Below are positions 1 to 9,458 of a DNA stretch of 64,000 nucleotides, piece after piece. Below the pieces are notes generated by a model. That model saw nothing but the letters and a program-made list of their open reading frames with translations. It was not told the origin of the DNA and searched no databases. A program made the position numbers and the translations under genes. Origin of the DNA: an uncultured Acidimicrobiales bacterium (GTDB lineage Bacteria; Actinomycetota; Acidimicrobiia; Acidimicrobiales; SZUA-35); contig CAKZXA010000004.1 of assembly GCA_937922045.1 (NCBI GenBank), positions 42,878-106,877 of the forward strand. Reading direction: 5' to 3'. The number at the start of each line of letters is the position of its first letter. Position 1 is the stretch's first letter.

Positions 1-200
1 CGCTCCGAGAAGAGGCCGCCAAGGCCAGCGAGAAGGATCGGGATGCACCATTTGAGCATGGCACGAGAGGCGGTGTCGGCGGTTAGGCGGCCAACGCCGC
101 CCGACTCGAACGATTCGGCGATGGCCAGAACCAGGACGCCGACCGAGGCATAGAGCGCAAACCGCAACCATGTTGGTAGTCGATGCAAGGCAGCGAGCAT
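1..200 (-). CDS. ABC transporter permease, second membrane subunit of the BMP/nucleoside-type importer (5' part only; the gene runs off the left edge)
   Basis: The reverse-strand ATG at 198-200 overlaps the TGA (200-202) of the upstream permease as ATGA. My own translation is MLAALHRLPTWLRFALYASVGVLVLAIAESFESGGVGRLTADTASRAMLKWCIPILLAGLGGLFSER. It is hydrophobic and ends in the GLGGLFSER motif typical of this permease family. It is missing from the ORF track because it is truncated. Confidence 0.6.
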   Translation of the reverse strand, partial: MLAALHRLPTWLRFALYASVGVLVLAIAESFESGGVGRLTADTASRAMLKWCIPILLAGLGGLFSE

Positions 201-1306
201 CAGGCCGCACCTCCTGCCGTCGCCAAGGCAGCCATCTTGGTTTCCTCCCGCTGTCGGATCTGGTTGACGTATTCATAGGTGATCACCGCTGTCAGCAGGA
301 TGACACCCTGCATGATGATCACGATTTCCGGTGAGGCTGAGCCTGTCACCTGCAGAATGCTCGAGGAGCTGTCCATAAAGGCGAAAAGCAGGGCGGCGAA
401 GGCCACACCGACAGGATGGTGCCGCCCGAGAAGAGCGACGGCGATGCCGGCGAAACCGAGACCCGGAGAGAAATTGTTGTCGTACCGGTGGTAGCGGCTG
501 ACGAGGTCGACCATGCCGACGAGGCCAGCGGCCGCCCCCGACAAGACCATGGCCACAACAACCATCCGTTTCGGTGGCACACCACCGGAGCGAGCCGCCA
601 TCGGATTCAAGCCGCTAGCCCGCAGATCAAACCCAAAGCGAGAGCGGTTGATAGTGAGGTGATAGGCGATGCCGACCAGGACCGCCACCACGAGCATGCC
701 GGAAAGCTGCCGACCCTTGATGTCGCGGGTAAAGGCCTCTACAAACCCGTTCAGGTTGGGCATCCACCCGGATTCCGCTATGAGCTTCGTTCCCGAGTTG
801 GTGGAGATCTCGCCGTCGCGGAAGCGACCGATCAAGGCGGCGATGATGCCACCGATGGCGATGAAATTCAGCATGATGGTGCCGATCACCTCGTTGACAC
901 CCCGGGTGACCTTCAAAAGCCCGGCCAAACCCGACCACAACCCACCGACGATCATGGCGACGACGAGAATCAAGAGGAGGTGAAGAAATCCAGGGAGGGC
1001 CAGGGCTCCACCGACCACAGCGGCGACGAACATGGCCAATTGGTACTGGCCTTCCACCCCGATGTTGAACAGGTTCATTCGGAAACCGATAGCGGCCGCT
1101 ATACCCGAAAGGTAGAGCGGGGTCGCCCGATTGAGCATGTCGATGACGATCTCCAACCGGCTTCCGTATTCAAGCATGTCGCCGAAGGCCACCAAGGGGT
1201 TGCTGCCCACGAGCACGAGCACCAAGGCACTCAGGAGAAAGGCTAGAAGCAGCGAGGCGAGTGGAGCGGCGAGCGCCAGGCTCGCCGAGCGCATCCGGTT
1301 GTTCAT
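200..1306 (-). CDS. ABC transporter permease (BMP/nucleoside/simple-sugar type, YufP/NupB-like)
   Basis: 368-aa polytopic hydrophobic ORF with NLFNIGVEGQ and GFAGIAVALLG motifs. It overlaps the upstream ATPase gene by 4 nt (1303-1306) and the downstream permease as ATGA. Confidence 0.85.
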   Translation of the reverse strand: MNNRMRSASLALAAPLASLLLAFLLSALVLVLVGSNPLVAFGDMLEYGSRLEIVIDMLNRATPLYLSGIAAAIGFRMNLFNIGVEGQYQLAMFVAAVVGGALALPGFLHLLLILVVAMIVGGLWSGLAGLLKVTRGVNEVIGTIMLNFIAIGGIIAALIGRFRDGEISTNSGTKLIAESGWMPNLNGFVEAFTRDIKGRQLSGMLVVAVLVGIAYHLTINRSRFGFDLRASGLNPMAARSGGVPPKRMVVVAMVLSGAAAGLVGMVDLVSRYHRYDNNFSPGLGFAGIAVALLGRHHPVGVAFAALLFAFMDSSSSILQVTGSASPEIVIIMQGVILLTAVITYEYVNQIRQREETKMAALATAGGAA

Positions 1307-2853
1307 TCCGCACCTCCATCAGCCGAACCGTTGCCGTCGGTTTCGATGGCGGCACCAGTCATGTATGAACCAAGTTGTCGCGGGGTCACGTTCGCCGGAT
1401 CAAGCTTCGCCACCAGCTTCCCCCGGAGCATCACCAGGATCGTGTCGGACAAGCCGATCAGTTCCTCCAGGTCGGCCGAGATAAGCATTGTGGCCAAACC
1501 ATCGGCTCTCGCGTCTCGAATCTTCTGCCAAACCGAGGCTTGAGCGCCAACGTCGATGCCTCGCGTCGGGTGGGCCAGCACGAGGATCTTGGGATCGGCC
1601 GTCATCTCTCGACCGATGATCAGCTTCTGTTGATTTCCACCCGACAGGGCATGGGCGGCCACATCAACGTTGGGTGTCTTCACCCCGAAGCGCTTGCGAA
1701 TAGTCTGCGTGTGGGCCCGTGATGCCGCCCGATCGATCCACCAACCTTTGGCGTAGGGTCGCTGGGTCTGGTGGCCGAGCGCCGCATTCTCCCACAGAGG
1801 CGCCGTGAGCAGAAGGCCTTCCTCGTGGCGGTCTTGAGGTACCAGGCCAACCCCGGCCTCGCGACGCTGACGGACAGACCATTTTGTGATATCTTGGCCC
1901 ATAAGTTCGAGCGTGCCGGTCTCGACATGTTCGGTTCCCATGATGGCGCCGATCAGCTCTCCCTGACCGTTGCCTTCCACACCGGCGATGCCAACGATCT
2001 CGCCACGGTGGATGACCAAATCGACATCGTCGACGACCGGGCGATCCTCCTCGTTGAGCACCGTGACCCCGCGGAGCGAGAGAGCGACGTCATCGGTAAC
2101 CGTCGACTCGGTCGTCTCTGGCGACGGCAGCTCGGAGCCGACCATGAGCTCAGCCAGATCACCAGCGGTTACGTCGCTCGCTTTGACCTCGCCGACGGTG
2201 CGGCCTTGACGTAGCACGGTGATGGTGTCGGCGATATCGAGCACTTCGGGCAGCTTGTGATTGATGACAAGGATTGTCGAACCCTGTGCCTTGAGCTCGC
2301 GCAGGTTGTGGTGGAGTTGCTCGACCTCCTGGGGCACGAGCACAGCCGTCGGCTCGTCGAGGATCAGAATCTTCGCCCCTCGAAACAGCACCTTGATGAT
2401 CTCGACCCGCTGACGCTCGCCAACTTCGAGGGTCTCCACCAGATCGTTCGGCTCGATGTCGAGCCCGTAGGCGTGGGATACCTCACGAAGATGCTGGGCC
2501 GCCGATTCAAAATCGATCCGCCCGAACGACTTCGTTGGCTCAGAGCCGAGGATCACGTTTTCCAGAACGGTCAGGTTGTCGGCCAACATCACATGCTGAT
2601 GGACCATGCCGATACCGGCCTCGATGGCTTCGGTTGGCGACTTGAAGTCGACCTCGGTGCCGTTGACGAGCATCTTGCCCTCGTCTGGCGGCTGCATCCC
2701 ATACAGGATCTTCATCAAGGTTGATTTGCCGGCGCCGTTCTCTCCAACGATGGCGTGGATCTCGCCCAGCTCGACCCGCAGGTTGACTCTGTCGTTAGCC
2801 AGCACACCGGGAAAACGCTTGGTGATGTCAATCAACTCGATCGCTAAGACCAC
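1303..2853 (-). CDS. ABC transporter ATP-binding protein with duplicated ATPase domains (YufO/NupA/RbsA-like)
   Basis: 516 aa. The N-half has Walker A GENGAGKST, signature and Walker B (ILILDEPTA). The C-half is a second, degenerate cassette (GVEGNGQGEL ... LSGGNQQK ... ILVLAHPTRGIDV). This two-cassette layout is typical of sugar/nucleoside importers. Confidence 0.9.
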   Translation of the reverse strand: MVLAIELIDITKRFPGVLANDRVNLRVELGEIHAIVGENGAGKSTLMKILYGMQPPDEGKMLVNGTEVDFKSPTEAIEAGIGMVHQHVMLADNLTVLENVILGSEPTKSFGRIDFESAAQHLREVSHAYGLDIEPNDLVETLEVGERQRVEIIKVLFRGAKILILDEPTAVLVPQEVEQLHHNLRELKAQGSTILVINHKLPEVLDIADTITVLRQGRTVGEVKASDVTAGDLAELMVGSELPSPETTESTVTDDVALSLRGVTVLNEEDRPVVDDVDLVIHRGEIVGIAGVEGNGQGELIGAIMGTEHVETGTLELMGQDITKWSVRQRREAGVGLVPQDRHEEGLLLTAPLWENAALGHQTQRPYAKGWWIDRAASRAHTQTIRKRFGVKTPNVDVAAHALSGGNQQKLIIGREMTADPKILVLAHPTRGIDVGAQASVWQKIRDARADGLATMLISADLEELIGLSDTILVMLRGKLVAKLDPANVTPRQLGSYMTGAAIETDGNGSADGGAE

Positions 2854-2900
2854 AGCTCCCCCATCTTGCTTCTCCCCCTAGACATTCGCCGAAAAGACAC

Positions 2901-2931
2901 CGAGTGGGGACGGAAAGACCGTCCCCACTCG
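2901..2931 (-). terminator. Intercistronic stem-loop between the binding-protein gene and the ATPase gene (attenuator or mRNA-stabilising hairpin)
   Basis: Perfect 13-bp inverted repeat cgagtggggacgg / ccgtccccactcg with a 5-nt loop. On the minus-strand RNA it is followed by GUGUCUUUUCGG (short U run). Confidence 0.5.
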
Positions 2932-2983
2932 TCATCATAGTGTTCTTCCAAGTTTCGGAATCTATCGATCCGGAAACGTAGCG

Positions 2984-4075
2984 TTACGGCGCGGTGGGAA
3001 CTTCGATCTCACCATCGATGATGGCCTGCTTGGCCTCGTCGATTTCACCCGTGATGTCGTCAATGAAGCCACCCGTTGTCGAGTAGTCGACGCCACCAGC
3101 GGCCAGGTCGTAGCGAACCTCGCCTGGAACGAAGTTGTCCTTGAGCACGTCTTCGGTGATGTTGTACACAGCGTTGTCAACTCGCTTGAGCATCGAGGTC
3201 AGCACGTACTCCTGAACCGACGGATCAACCGTGTTGTACTGATCGGAGTCGACACCGATGCCCCATACTTTCGAGCCCTCGGCTGCGGTGTGATCAGCAG
3301 CGGCCTGGAACATGCCCGAGCCGGAAAGGCCCGCAGCGGCATAGATGATGTCGGCGCCTTCGCCGTACATGGCCGATGCGATTTCCTTGCCACGATCAGG
3401 CGACTCGAAACCGGCGAAATCCGGGAACTCGGAGATGTAGTCGACCTTGACCTCAGCGTCGGGGTTGACCGACTGGACACCAGCAACGAAGCCCGCTTCG
3501 AACTTCTCGATGAGGCCGATGCCACTCACACCACCGATAAATCCGATGACGTTGGTTTCGGTCTTCAGACCGGCAGCGACGCCAACCAGGTAGGAACCCT
3601 GCTCTTCAGCAAACACAAGACCGGCAGCGTTCGGAGCGAGCGGCTCACCAGTATCGAAGTTCATCATCGAATCGTCCACCACGGCGAACTTCACATCGGG
3701 ATTCTCGGCTGCAACCTCAGCTGCGGCTTGAGCGAAGGAAAAGCCAACACCGACGACGAGGTCGGAGTTTTCCGCTTGAAGCTGGAGGTCTCCGGCACGA
3801 GCCGACGCATCGGTCGGTGTGATCTCGTTAACGGTTACCCCGAAATCAGCCTTGGCCTTGTCGGTACCCGCAGCGGCCGAGTCGTTGAACGACTGGTCAC
3901 CACGACCGAGAAGGTCGAAGGTCAGACCAACCGTCTTGTCGGCACCGATACCGTCGGCCGCAGCCTCGCTATCGCCGCCGCCATCGGCCGCATCATCGCC
4001 GTCTGAGCCACAGGCTGCAGCGAACAAACCGAACGCCGCCACCAGGGCGAGTAGAAACTTCCACTGTTTACGCAT
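2984..4075 (-). CDS. BMP-family (Med/PnrA-like) ABC substrate-binding lipoprotein
   Basis: The ORF is 2984-4108. I prefer the internal ATG at 4075 because it gives a canonical lipoprotein signal, MRKQWKFLLALVAAFGLFAAAC|GS. The body has BMP-family features (GLTFDLLGRGDQSFNDSA, IGFIGG), and the position upstream of the ATPase and two permeases fits. Confidence 0.85.
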   Translation of the reverse strand: MRKQWKFLLALVAAFGLFAAACGSDGDDAADGGGDSEAAADGIGADKTVGLTFDLLGRGDQSFNDSAAAGTDKAKADFGVTVNEITPTDASARAGDLQLQAENSDLVVGVGFSFAQAAAEVAAENPDVKFAVVDDSMMNFDTGEPLAPNAAGLVFAEEQGSYLVGVAAGLKTETNVIGFIGGVSGIGLIEKFEAGFVAGVQSVNPDAEVKVDYISEFPDFAGFESPDRGKEIASAMYGEGADIIYAAAGLSGSGMFQAAADHTAAEGSKVWGIGVDSDQYNTVDPSVQEYVLTSMLKRVDNAVYNITEDVLKDNFVPGEVRYDLAAGGVDYSTTGGFIDDITGEIDEAKQAIIDGEIEVPTAP

Positions 4076-4251
4076 GTCGTTTGGACTCCCCAAAACTAGA
4101 CTCCGCAACCGGACCGACAGCGGCCGGAAACGAACATTTCTTGATCACGCGACATTACCCGCAAACCCTTTCCGCTGCGCACCAGTCGACCGTTTTGTTA
4201 CAAACGACCCTCCGACCTAGAATCGGTCGAATCTCGGACTCAGGGGGTCTG

Positions 4252-5280
4252 TTGCTCGAATCATCAAAGCTCGACGAACCACTACCCCACTTGTCGACCA
4301 TCGACCTCGCCGATTCTGCCAAACAGGTTGCCGAGAAGATTGATCATGCGGCCAGAACCCTCGGATTCCTCGCCATCGCCAACCATGGCGTACCCGACGA
4401 TCTGATCGCCAGAATCTGGGAACGGTCACAGACCTTCTTTGATCTGCCGATCGAGGCCAAGATGACGGCCCGTCATCAAAGCGAAGCTCATCACCCCTAT
4501 GGCTACTTTCCCATGGGTCAGGAGACATTGGCTCGCTCACTCGACGACGTGACCACAGCCGATCCCCCATCGGCGCCCTTCGATCTCAAGGAGACGTTCA
4601 ATCTCGGCCCTGGAATCGATAGCGACGATCGGACACGGCGTTTCGGCGGCATCGAACGCATCTGGCCCGCGACCGCAGATCCTGCCTTCGACCGGTCATT
4701 CCGCTCGGCCTGGCTCGACTACTTCGACGCCATGGAGCAGCTCTCCGACCGACTCCTGACCCACTTCGCCCAGGCGCTCGACTTCGATGACGACTTCTTT
4801 ACACGCGCACACCATGGTCACCTCAGCGCCCTGCGAGCCATCAACTATCCGCCGCTAGATGTCCTGCGATCGCAACCTGCACGTGGCCAGCTCCGGGCTG
4901 GCGCCCACAGCGACTATGGCACGCTGACGATTCTTCTTCCCGGCCCTGGCGACGGCGGCCTGGAGATCGGTAGGGCCAATGGTGATTGGCTGCGAATCCA
5001 GCCCGTCGACGGCTGCTTTCTCATCAACCTTGGCGACCTGATGCAGATATGGAGCGGCGGGCGATGGCCCTCGACTATCCATCGGGTTGGGCTGCCCCCT
5101 GCCGAGAAGCAGACCGAACGCCGTCAAGCCATCGCCTATTTTTGTCAGCCAGCTGGATCAGCTCGGGTGGTCCCCGTCCATGACCCGGAGTCATCCTTCG
5201 AATTCGGGCACTGGCTCCACGCCAAGTTCAGCCGGGCCTCGACGTCGACATCATCGCCGACACCGCTCCCGACCGACTGA
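4252..5280 (+). CDS. 2-oxoglutarate/Fe(II)-dependent oxygenase (isopenicillin-N-synthase-like family)
   Basis: ORF 4081-5280. It has a DIOX_N-like start (STIDLAD...LGFLAIANHGVP), an HxD facial triad (AHSDYGTLTILL) and a distal His/Arg (STIHRVG...RQAIAYF). The start is uncertain: there is no ATG near the conserved N-terminus. TTG at 4252, preceded by GGGGG, is my guess. Confidence 0.7.
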   Translation: MLESSKLDEPLPHLSTIDLADSAKQVAEKIDHAARTLGFLAIANHGVPDDLIARIWERSQTFFDLPIEAKMTARHQSEAHHPYGYFPMGQETLARSLDDVTTADPPSAPFDLKETFNLGPGIDSDDRTRRFGGIERIWPATADPAFDRSFRSAWLDYFDAMEQLSDRLLTHFAQALDFDDDFFTRAHHGHLSALRAINYPPLDVLRSQPARGQLRAGAHSDYGTLTILLPGPGDGGLEIGRANGDWLRIQPVDGCFLINLGDLMQIWSGGRWPSTIHRVGLPPAEKQTERRQAIAYFCQPAGSARVVPVHDPESSFEFGHWLHAKFSRASTSTSSPTPLPTD

Positions 5281-5295
5281 GGCTGGGGGGCTGGG

Positions 5296-6909
5296 TCAGG
5301 CCTGACCGATTCCTCCGTAGGCAATGCCGGAAAGGTTGTTCATCTCCCGGTCGAACGTTGTCAGATCGTTCAGGCTGAAGCCAGCGAGCGAATCGTGACC
5401 GCAGGCTCGCGCCACCACCGCCATCAGCTCGACCGAAGCCGTGAGGAAACGCTCCAGGCGCTGGGCTGCCTCCTCCACGAGGAGACGGGACCGAAGGTCC
5501 TTCTTCTGGGTGGCGATTCCAACCGGACAATTGTTGGTGTTGCAGGCTCGCATGCCCAGACAGCCGATCGCTTGCAAGGCCGAATTGGCGATGGCGATTG
5601 CATCCGCGCCGAGAGCCATCGCCTTGGCGAAGTCAGCCGGCGTGCGCAGGCCACCGGTAATGACCAGCGTCACGTCACCGCGACCCGAGGCGTCGAGATG
5701 GCGCCGAGCTCGAGCCAGCGCCGGAATCGTCGGCACGGAGATGTTGTCGCGCAGTATCGTCGGAGCGGCGCCGGTGCCTCCGCCCCTGCCGTCGAGAATG
5801 ATGTAGTCCACCCCGATGCCGAGGGCGGCGTCGATGTCGGCTTCAATGTGCTGGGCCGATAGCTTCGCTCCGATCGGCACGCCACCGGAGGTGGCCCTTG
5901 CCTCGGCCACGACCTCCCGATAGTCGTCCACGGTTACCAGATCAGGGAACGTGGCCGGTGAGACCGCGGCCTGGCCTTCGGGGAGGCCGCGCACCTCAGC
6001 GATCTTGCCGGTCACTTTGTGCCCCGGCAGGTGGCCTCCGGTTCCGGTCTTTGCCCCCTGCCCAAACTTGAAGTGGAACGCCCCAACGTCGGCCACCTTG
6101 TCGGGTGACCAGCCGAACCGTCCGGACGCCAGTTCATAGAAATAGCGCGAGTTCTCCGCCTTCTCTTCGGGGAGCATGCCGCCTTCGCCCGAGCAGATGC
6201 CGGTTCCAGCTCGTTCTGCGCCACGGGCCAGGGCGACCTTCGCCTCTTCCGACAAGGAGCCATAACTCATGTCGGTCACGAAGAGCGGAATGGCCAATTC
6301 GAGTGGCTTAGCCGCGTTTGGACCGATGACGGTGGTCGAGGTGACGGGGTCGCCATCGAGACCGGGGCGTTTCGCTAGCTGGGCGGTGACGAACTGGATG
6401 CTGTCCCAACTCGGCAGCTCCTGGCGCGCCACACCCATAGCGGCCATCGGGCCGTGCTCCCCGACCTTCTCGAGCCCATTGCTGGCCAGGGTGGAAATGA
6501 GGCCAACGTGAGGTTCCTCAGGGGCGCCGTGCGGGTCTTGATACGCCCCCTGGTAGGCGTCACGGTCGAAGGGCTGGGGGTTAGCGGAAGCCCACGCAGC
6601 AACCTCGTCGGCGTCGACGAAGACACCATCATCCTCAACCCAGGAGGTGAACTTGTGAAGTCGCTCAGCGTTGTTATACGAGCTGATCCCGCTCTCTAAG
6701 CGGTAGTCCCATCCATGAACGCCACAGATCAGATCAGGGCCACTGGCGCTTACGTCGGCGAGCAATACGCCTCGATGGAGGCAGCGTCCGTAGAGAACCG
6801 AGTGATCGTCATCGAACCGGGTTATGACGAGATCGACGTTGGCGACCAACGCCCCGACCGGCTGCCGATCCGCAAGCTCATTCCAACCAGCGACTCTCTG
6901 TGGATTCAT
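5296..6909 (-). CDS. Rieske [2Fe-2S] domain fused to a glutamate-synthase-domain-2-like FMN oxidoreductase
   Basis: 537 aa. The N-terminus has CLHRG-x16-CGVHGW (CxH...CxxH Rieske ligands). The rest matches the GltB FMN domain family (FVTDMSYGSLS, FKFGQGAKTGTGGHLPG, ILDGRGGGTGAAP, ACNTNNCPVGIATQ). Confidence 0.8.
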   Translation of the reverse strand: MNPQRVAGWNELADRQPVGALVANVDLVITRFDDDHSVLYGRCLHRGVLLADVSASGPDLICGVHGWDYRLESGISSYNNAERLHKFTSWVEDDGVFVDADEVAAWASANPQPFDRDAYQGAYQDPHGAPEEPHVGLISTLASNGLEKVGEHGPMAAMGVARQELPSWDSIQFVTAQLAKRPGLDGDPVTSTTVIGPNAAKPLELAIPLFVTDMSYGSLSEEAKVALARGAERAGTGICSGEGGMLPEEKAENSRYFYELASGRFGWSPDKVADVGAFHFKFGQGAKTGTGGHLPGHKVTGKIAEVRGLPEGQAAVSPATFPDLVTVDDYREVVAEARATSGGVPIGAKLSAQHIEADIDAALGIGVDYIILDGRGGGTGAAPTILRDNISVPTIPALARARRHLDASGRGDVTLVITGGLRTPADFAKAMALGADAIAIANSALQAIGCLGMRACNTNNCPVGIATQKKDLRSRLLVEEAAQRLERFLTASVELMAVVARACGHDSLAGFSLNDLTTFDREMNNLSGIAYGGIGQA

Positions 6910-7066
6910 TGGCGCTCCTTAGGGTTGGGATAAACCTAGCAAGCAGCATCCGACTCCGCCCTTCCAAACAAGCCGATCAGCCGTACAGGTCGTACAGCTT
7001 GCATCACTGTCGAGTTCGTGCCGCGGCTCTGCACAACCTGCGAACCGAAGGTGTTGTCCCCGGGGT

Positions 7067-7714
7067 TTAAATGATTTGTCGATGGGCGGCCCAGGCCGCC
7101 AGTTCGCTACGGCTAGAGAGCTGCAACTTTCGGAGAACCGAGGAGGCGTGGCTCTCCACGGTCTTGATCGAGATCGTGAGCTTGCGGGCGATCGCCTTGT
7201 AGGCATACCCACGAGCGAGCAGCCGCATCACTTCCTGCTCGCGGGCGGTCAACTGGTCGAGTTCGGGGTCTTCAGGTGCCTCCAGGGTGGTGGTGAAAGC
7301 ATCGAGCACAAAGCCTGCGAGCCGGGGAGAAAACACCGCGTCGCCCTCATGGACCCGACGGACGGCGTCGATCAGCTCGTCGCCCTTGATCGCCTTGGTC
7401 ACATAACCTCGGGCGCCTGCCCTGATCACGTGGATGACATCTTCGGCCGCGTCGGAAACCGACAGGGCGAGGAACTGCGACTCAATGCCTCGGTCTTGCA
7501 GCTGGGTGATGACGTCGGCGGCTGTGCCGTCAGGGAGGTGGACGTCGCAGACCACGACGTCGGGCTGGCTGGCCGCGATCCGATCCACAGCCTCGGCAAC
7601 ACTCGACGCCTCGACGATCACCTCGAGGAGGTCGGCGGCAGCCGCCAACTCGCTGCCGACACCTGCTCGCACCAATGCGTGGTCATCGACCAACCCAACC
7701 GTAATCCGTTTCAT
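7067..7714 (-). CDS. NarL/LuxR-family response regulator (LiaR/EsrR-like)
   Basis: Receiver domain (ITVGLVDDHALV, DVVVCDVHLPDG) plus a C-terminal LuxR HTH (LTAREQEVMRLLARGYAYKAIARKLTISIKTVESH). It sits directly downstream of the kinase. Confidence 0.9.
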   Translation of the reverse strand: MKRITVGLVDDHALVRAGVGSELAAAADLLEVIVEASSVAEAVDRIAASQPDVVVCDVHLPDGTAADVITQLQDRGIESQFLALSVSDAAEDVIHVIRAGARGYVTKAIKGDELIDAVRRVHEGDAVFSPRLAGFVLDAFTTTLEAPEDPELDQLTAREQEVMRLLARGYAYKAIARKLTISIKTVESHASSVLRKLQLSSRSELAAWAAHRQII

Positions 7715-7730
7715 CGTCTTGATCCCTCAA

Positions 7731-9068
7731 TCATGGAGTCTGCTCGTCTGTGTCATCAATCAGGCCTAGGGGCAGGAAAAGCTCTATCTCGGTGCCCTCG
7801 CCTACCGCCGAATGGACCGATGCTCGGCCACCGATGCGCTTCATGCGTTCAATGATCGACTCGGTAACACCATGGCGATCCTCATCGATGGCGTCAACAT
7901 CGAAGCCACACCCATCATCGCGGACAAAGACCTCGATCCCATCCGCACCAACCTCGGCGAAGACATCGACGGTCTCGACCTTGGCGTGTTTCGCTGCGTT
8001 CGTCACCGCTTCCTGGGTGGCGGCCATAAGGTCGCGGATCGCCTGCGGGTCGAGGTCGTTGTCGTCGCCGACAACGACCACATTCACCTGAACCTGGTGA
8101 CGGCGCTCCACGACCGAAGCGACGATCTGAAGAGCTGGTTCCATACGAACCAGGGCCGGGTCGGACGGGGACGTTCCGTAGAGCCAACCTCGCAGCTCGC
8201 GCTCCTGCTGGCGGGCGAGCCGGGCCGTGAGCGCTGGGTCATCCGCTCCTTTCTGAATGAGCGTCAATGTCTGCAACACCGAGTCGTGAAGGTGGGCGGC
8301 AACTTTCGCTCGCTCGTCGGCTCGAACCCGCTCGGCACGCTCGTCATCGAGTTCTCTCCCAATGCGGGCAATCGATGGAACCGCCACCACCAGAAGCGCG
8401 GCCAGGGCACCGAATGCGGGAATCATCTGCAACCAGTTGTCGGTGGAGGTGAAGCGGGTGATGCCAGCGACCGCTCCCGAGGCGGCAACGACGACACCTA
8501 GCACGACACGCATCGTCGACCAGGCGCCCGCTTGCCCCAGCTTGGCTCCCCAGGCGATGAATCCTCCAGCCCCGATCAGTCCGAGTGGAATGATGGCGGG
8601 ATTGTCGACCCCAAACCCGATGACCTGACCGGCCAGCATGAGGCCGAGCACGACAAGGCCTACGCCAAGGTAACGAAGATTCTGGCTTCGGGCTTTCGGC
8701 TGCGGCAGGTAGTGGTTGACCGTGGAGCGATGCACGAAACCTAGCCAGATCCAGGCCAAACCGTAGAGAACAACACCCCAGCCGCCCTGGAGAGCGAGAG
8801 CGCCAAATCCGAACCGGATGACCGACGGTGACACGCCGACTTCAGCCGCGATGGCGGCACAAACACCACCGATCCAGCCGTCCTCTGGCCGTAGTGGCGG
8901 TACCTGCCAATGCGATGGGCCACCGATGTCGCTGGCCGACATCGTGGCGCCATCAGCCTGGCTATCGTTCGAACCGGACGGCGTTGGTGTCTGCTTGTAG
9001 GAAGGTGAGTCGGTCAAGGTCTGCTCCATCTCACTCATCATGATCGCACGCGCGTCGCAGATATGCAT
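7731..9068 (-). CDS. Sensor histidine kinase with an N-terminal PspC domain (HisKA_3 / LiaS-EsrS-like)
   Basis: PspC-like segment GWIGGVCAAIAAEVGVSPSVIRFGFGALAL...YGLAWIWL, several TM helices, H-box AAHLHDSVLQTL and an HATPase domain (NAAKHA, VRDDGCGF). The exact start among the N-terminal Met codons is uncertain. Confidence 0.85.
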   Translation of the reverse strand: MHICDARAIMMSEMEQTLTDSPSYKQTPTPSGSNDSQADGATMSASDIGGPSHWQVPPLRPEDGWIGGVCAAIAAEVGVSPSVIRFGFGALALQGGWGVVLYGLAWIWLGFVHRSTVNHYLPQPKARSQNLRYLGVGLVVLGLMLAGQVIGFGVDNPAIIPLGLIGAGGFIAWGAKLGQAGAWSTMRVVLGVVVAASGAVAGITRFTSTDNWLQMIPAFGALAALLVVAVPSIARIGRELDDERAERVRADERAKVAAHLHDSVLQTLTLIQKGADDPALTARLARQQERELRGWLYGTSPSDPALVRMEPALQIVASVVERRHQVQVNVVVVGDDNDLDPQAIRDLMAATQEAVTNAAKHAKVETVDVFAEVGADGIEVFVRDDGCGFDVDAIDEDRHGVTESIIERMKRIGGRASVHSAVGEGTEIELFLPLGLIDDTDEQTP

Positions 9069-9140
9069 CAGGGGTAACCCTGAGCGTAGTCAGGGGGAAT
9101 CCTCATTTCGGCCGCGGCTCGTTCATCGGATAATGAAGAC

Positions 9141-9458
9141 ATGACAAGCCCACTCACTCCCCCGCATCTCGCCAACGCCACCGACGGCAACACCAACACG
9201 GTCGGAACCAAGCGTCTTGTCCGAGGACAAGACCGCATGCTCGGAGGCGTCGCCTCCGGTCTCGCCGACTACTTCCAGGTCGATGTTTCTCTGGTCCGGC
9301 TACTCTTCGTGCTTGTGGCTCTCTTGCCCGGTCCTGCGTTCGTCGGTTACATCCTGGCCTGGATCGTGGTGCCCGAGGCCGGTACGATCGGCGATACTGT
9401 CGGCGCCGGTCCGGCTCCTGCAGCCACCGCAGAGAGCAGCAGCGTGGTGAACTCATGA
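9141..9458 (+). CDS. Small PspC-domain membrane protein
   Basis: 105 aa. MLGGVASGLADYFQVDVSLVRLLFVLVAL...YILAWIVVPE is a textbook PspC domain. It is divergent from the kinase operon and overlaps the next gene as ATGA (9455-9458). Confidence 0.8.
   Translation: MTSPLTPPHLANATDGNTNTVGTKRLVRGQDRMLGGVASGLADYFQVDVSLVRLLFVLVALLPGPAFVGYILAWIVVPEAGTIGDTVGAGPAPAATAESSSVVNS

Noticed and set aside
416-1246. 276-aa plus-strand ORF antisense to the ABC permease. Similar long antisense ORFs occur at 14071-14790, 14961-15650, 56408-57214 and 57958-58761
   Set aside because: All overlap strongly supported genes on the other strand or in another frame, are rich in Arg/Gly/Pro/His, and lack motifs. They are typical high-GC open shadow frames.
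4186-4230. Nested inverted repeats (TCGACCG ... CGGTCGA enclosing the near-palindrome cgttttgttacaaacg at 4191-4206) in the divergent region between the BMP lipoprotein gene and the 2OG oxygenase
   Set aside because: The inner palindrome is imperfect, the outer arms are short, and the oxygenase start is itself uncertain, so the region may be partly coding. It is not strong enough to call an operator.
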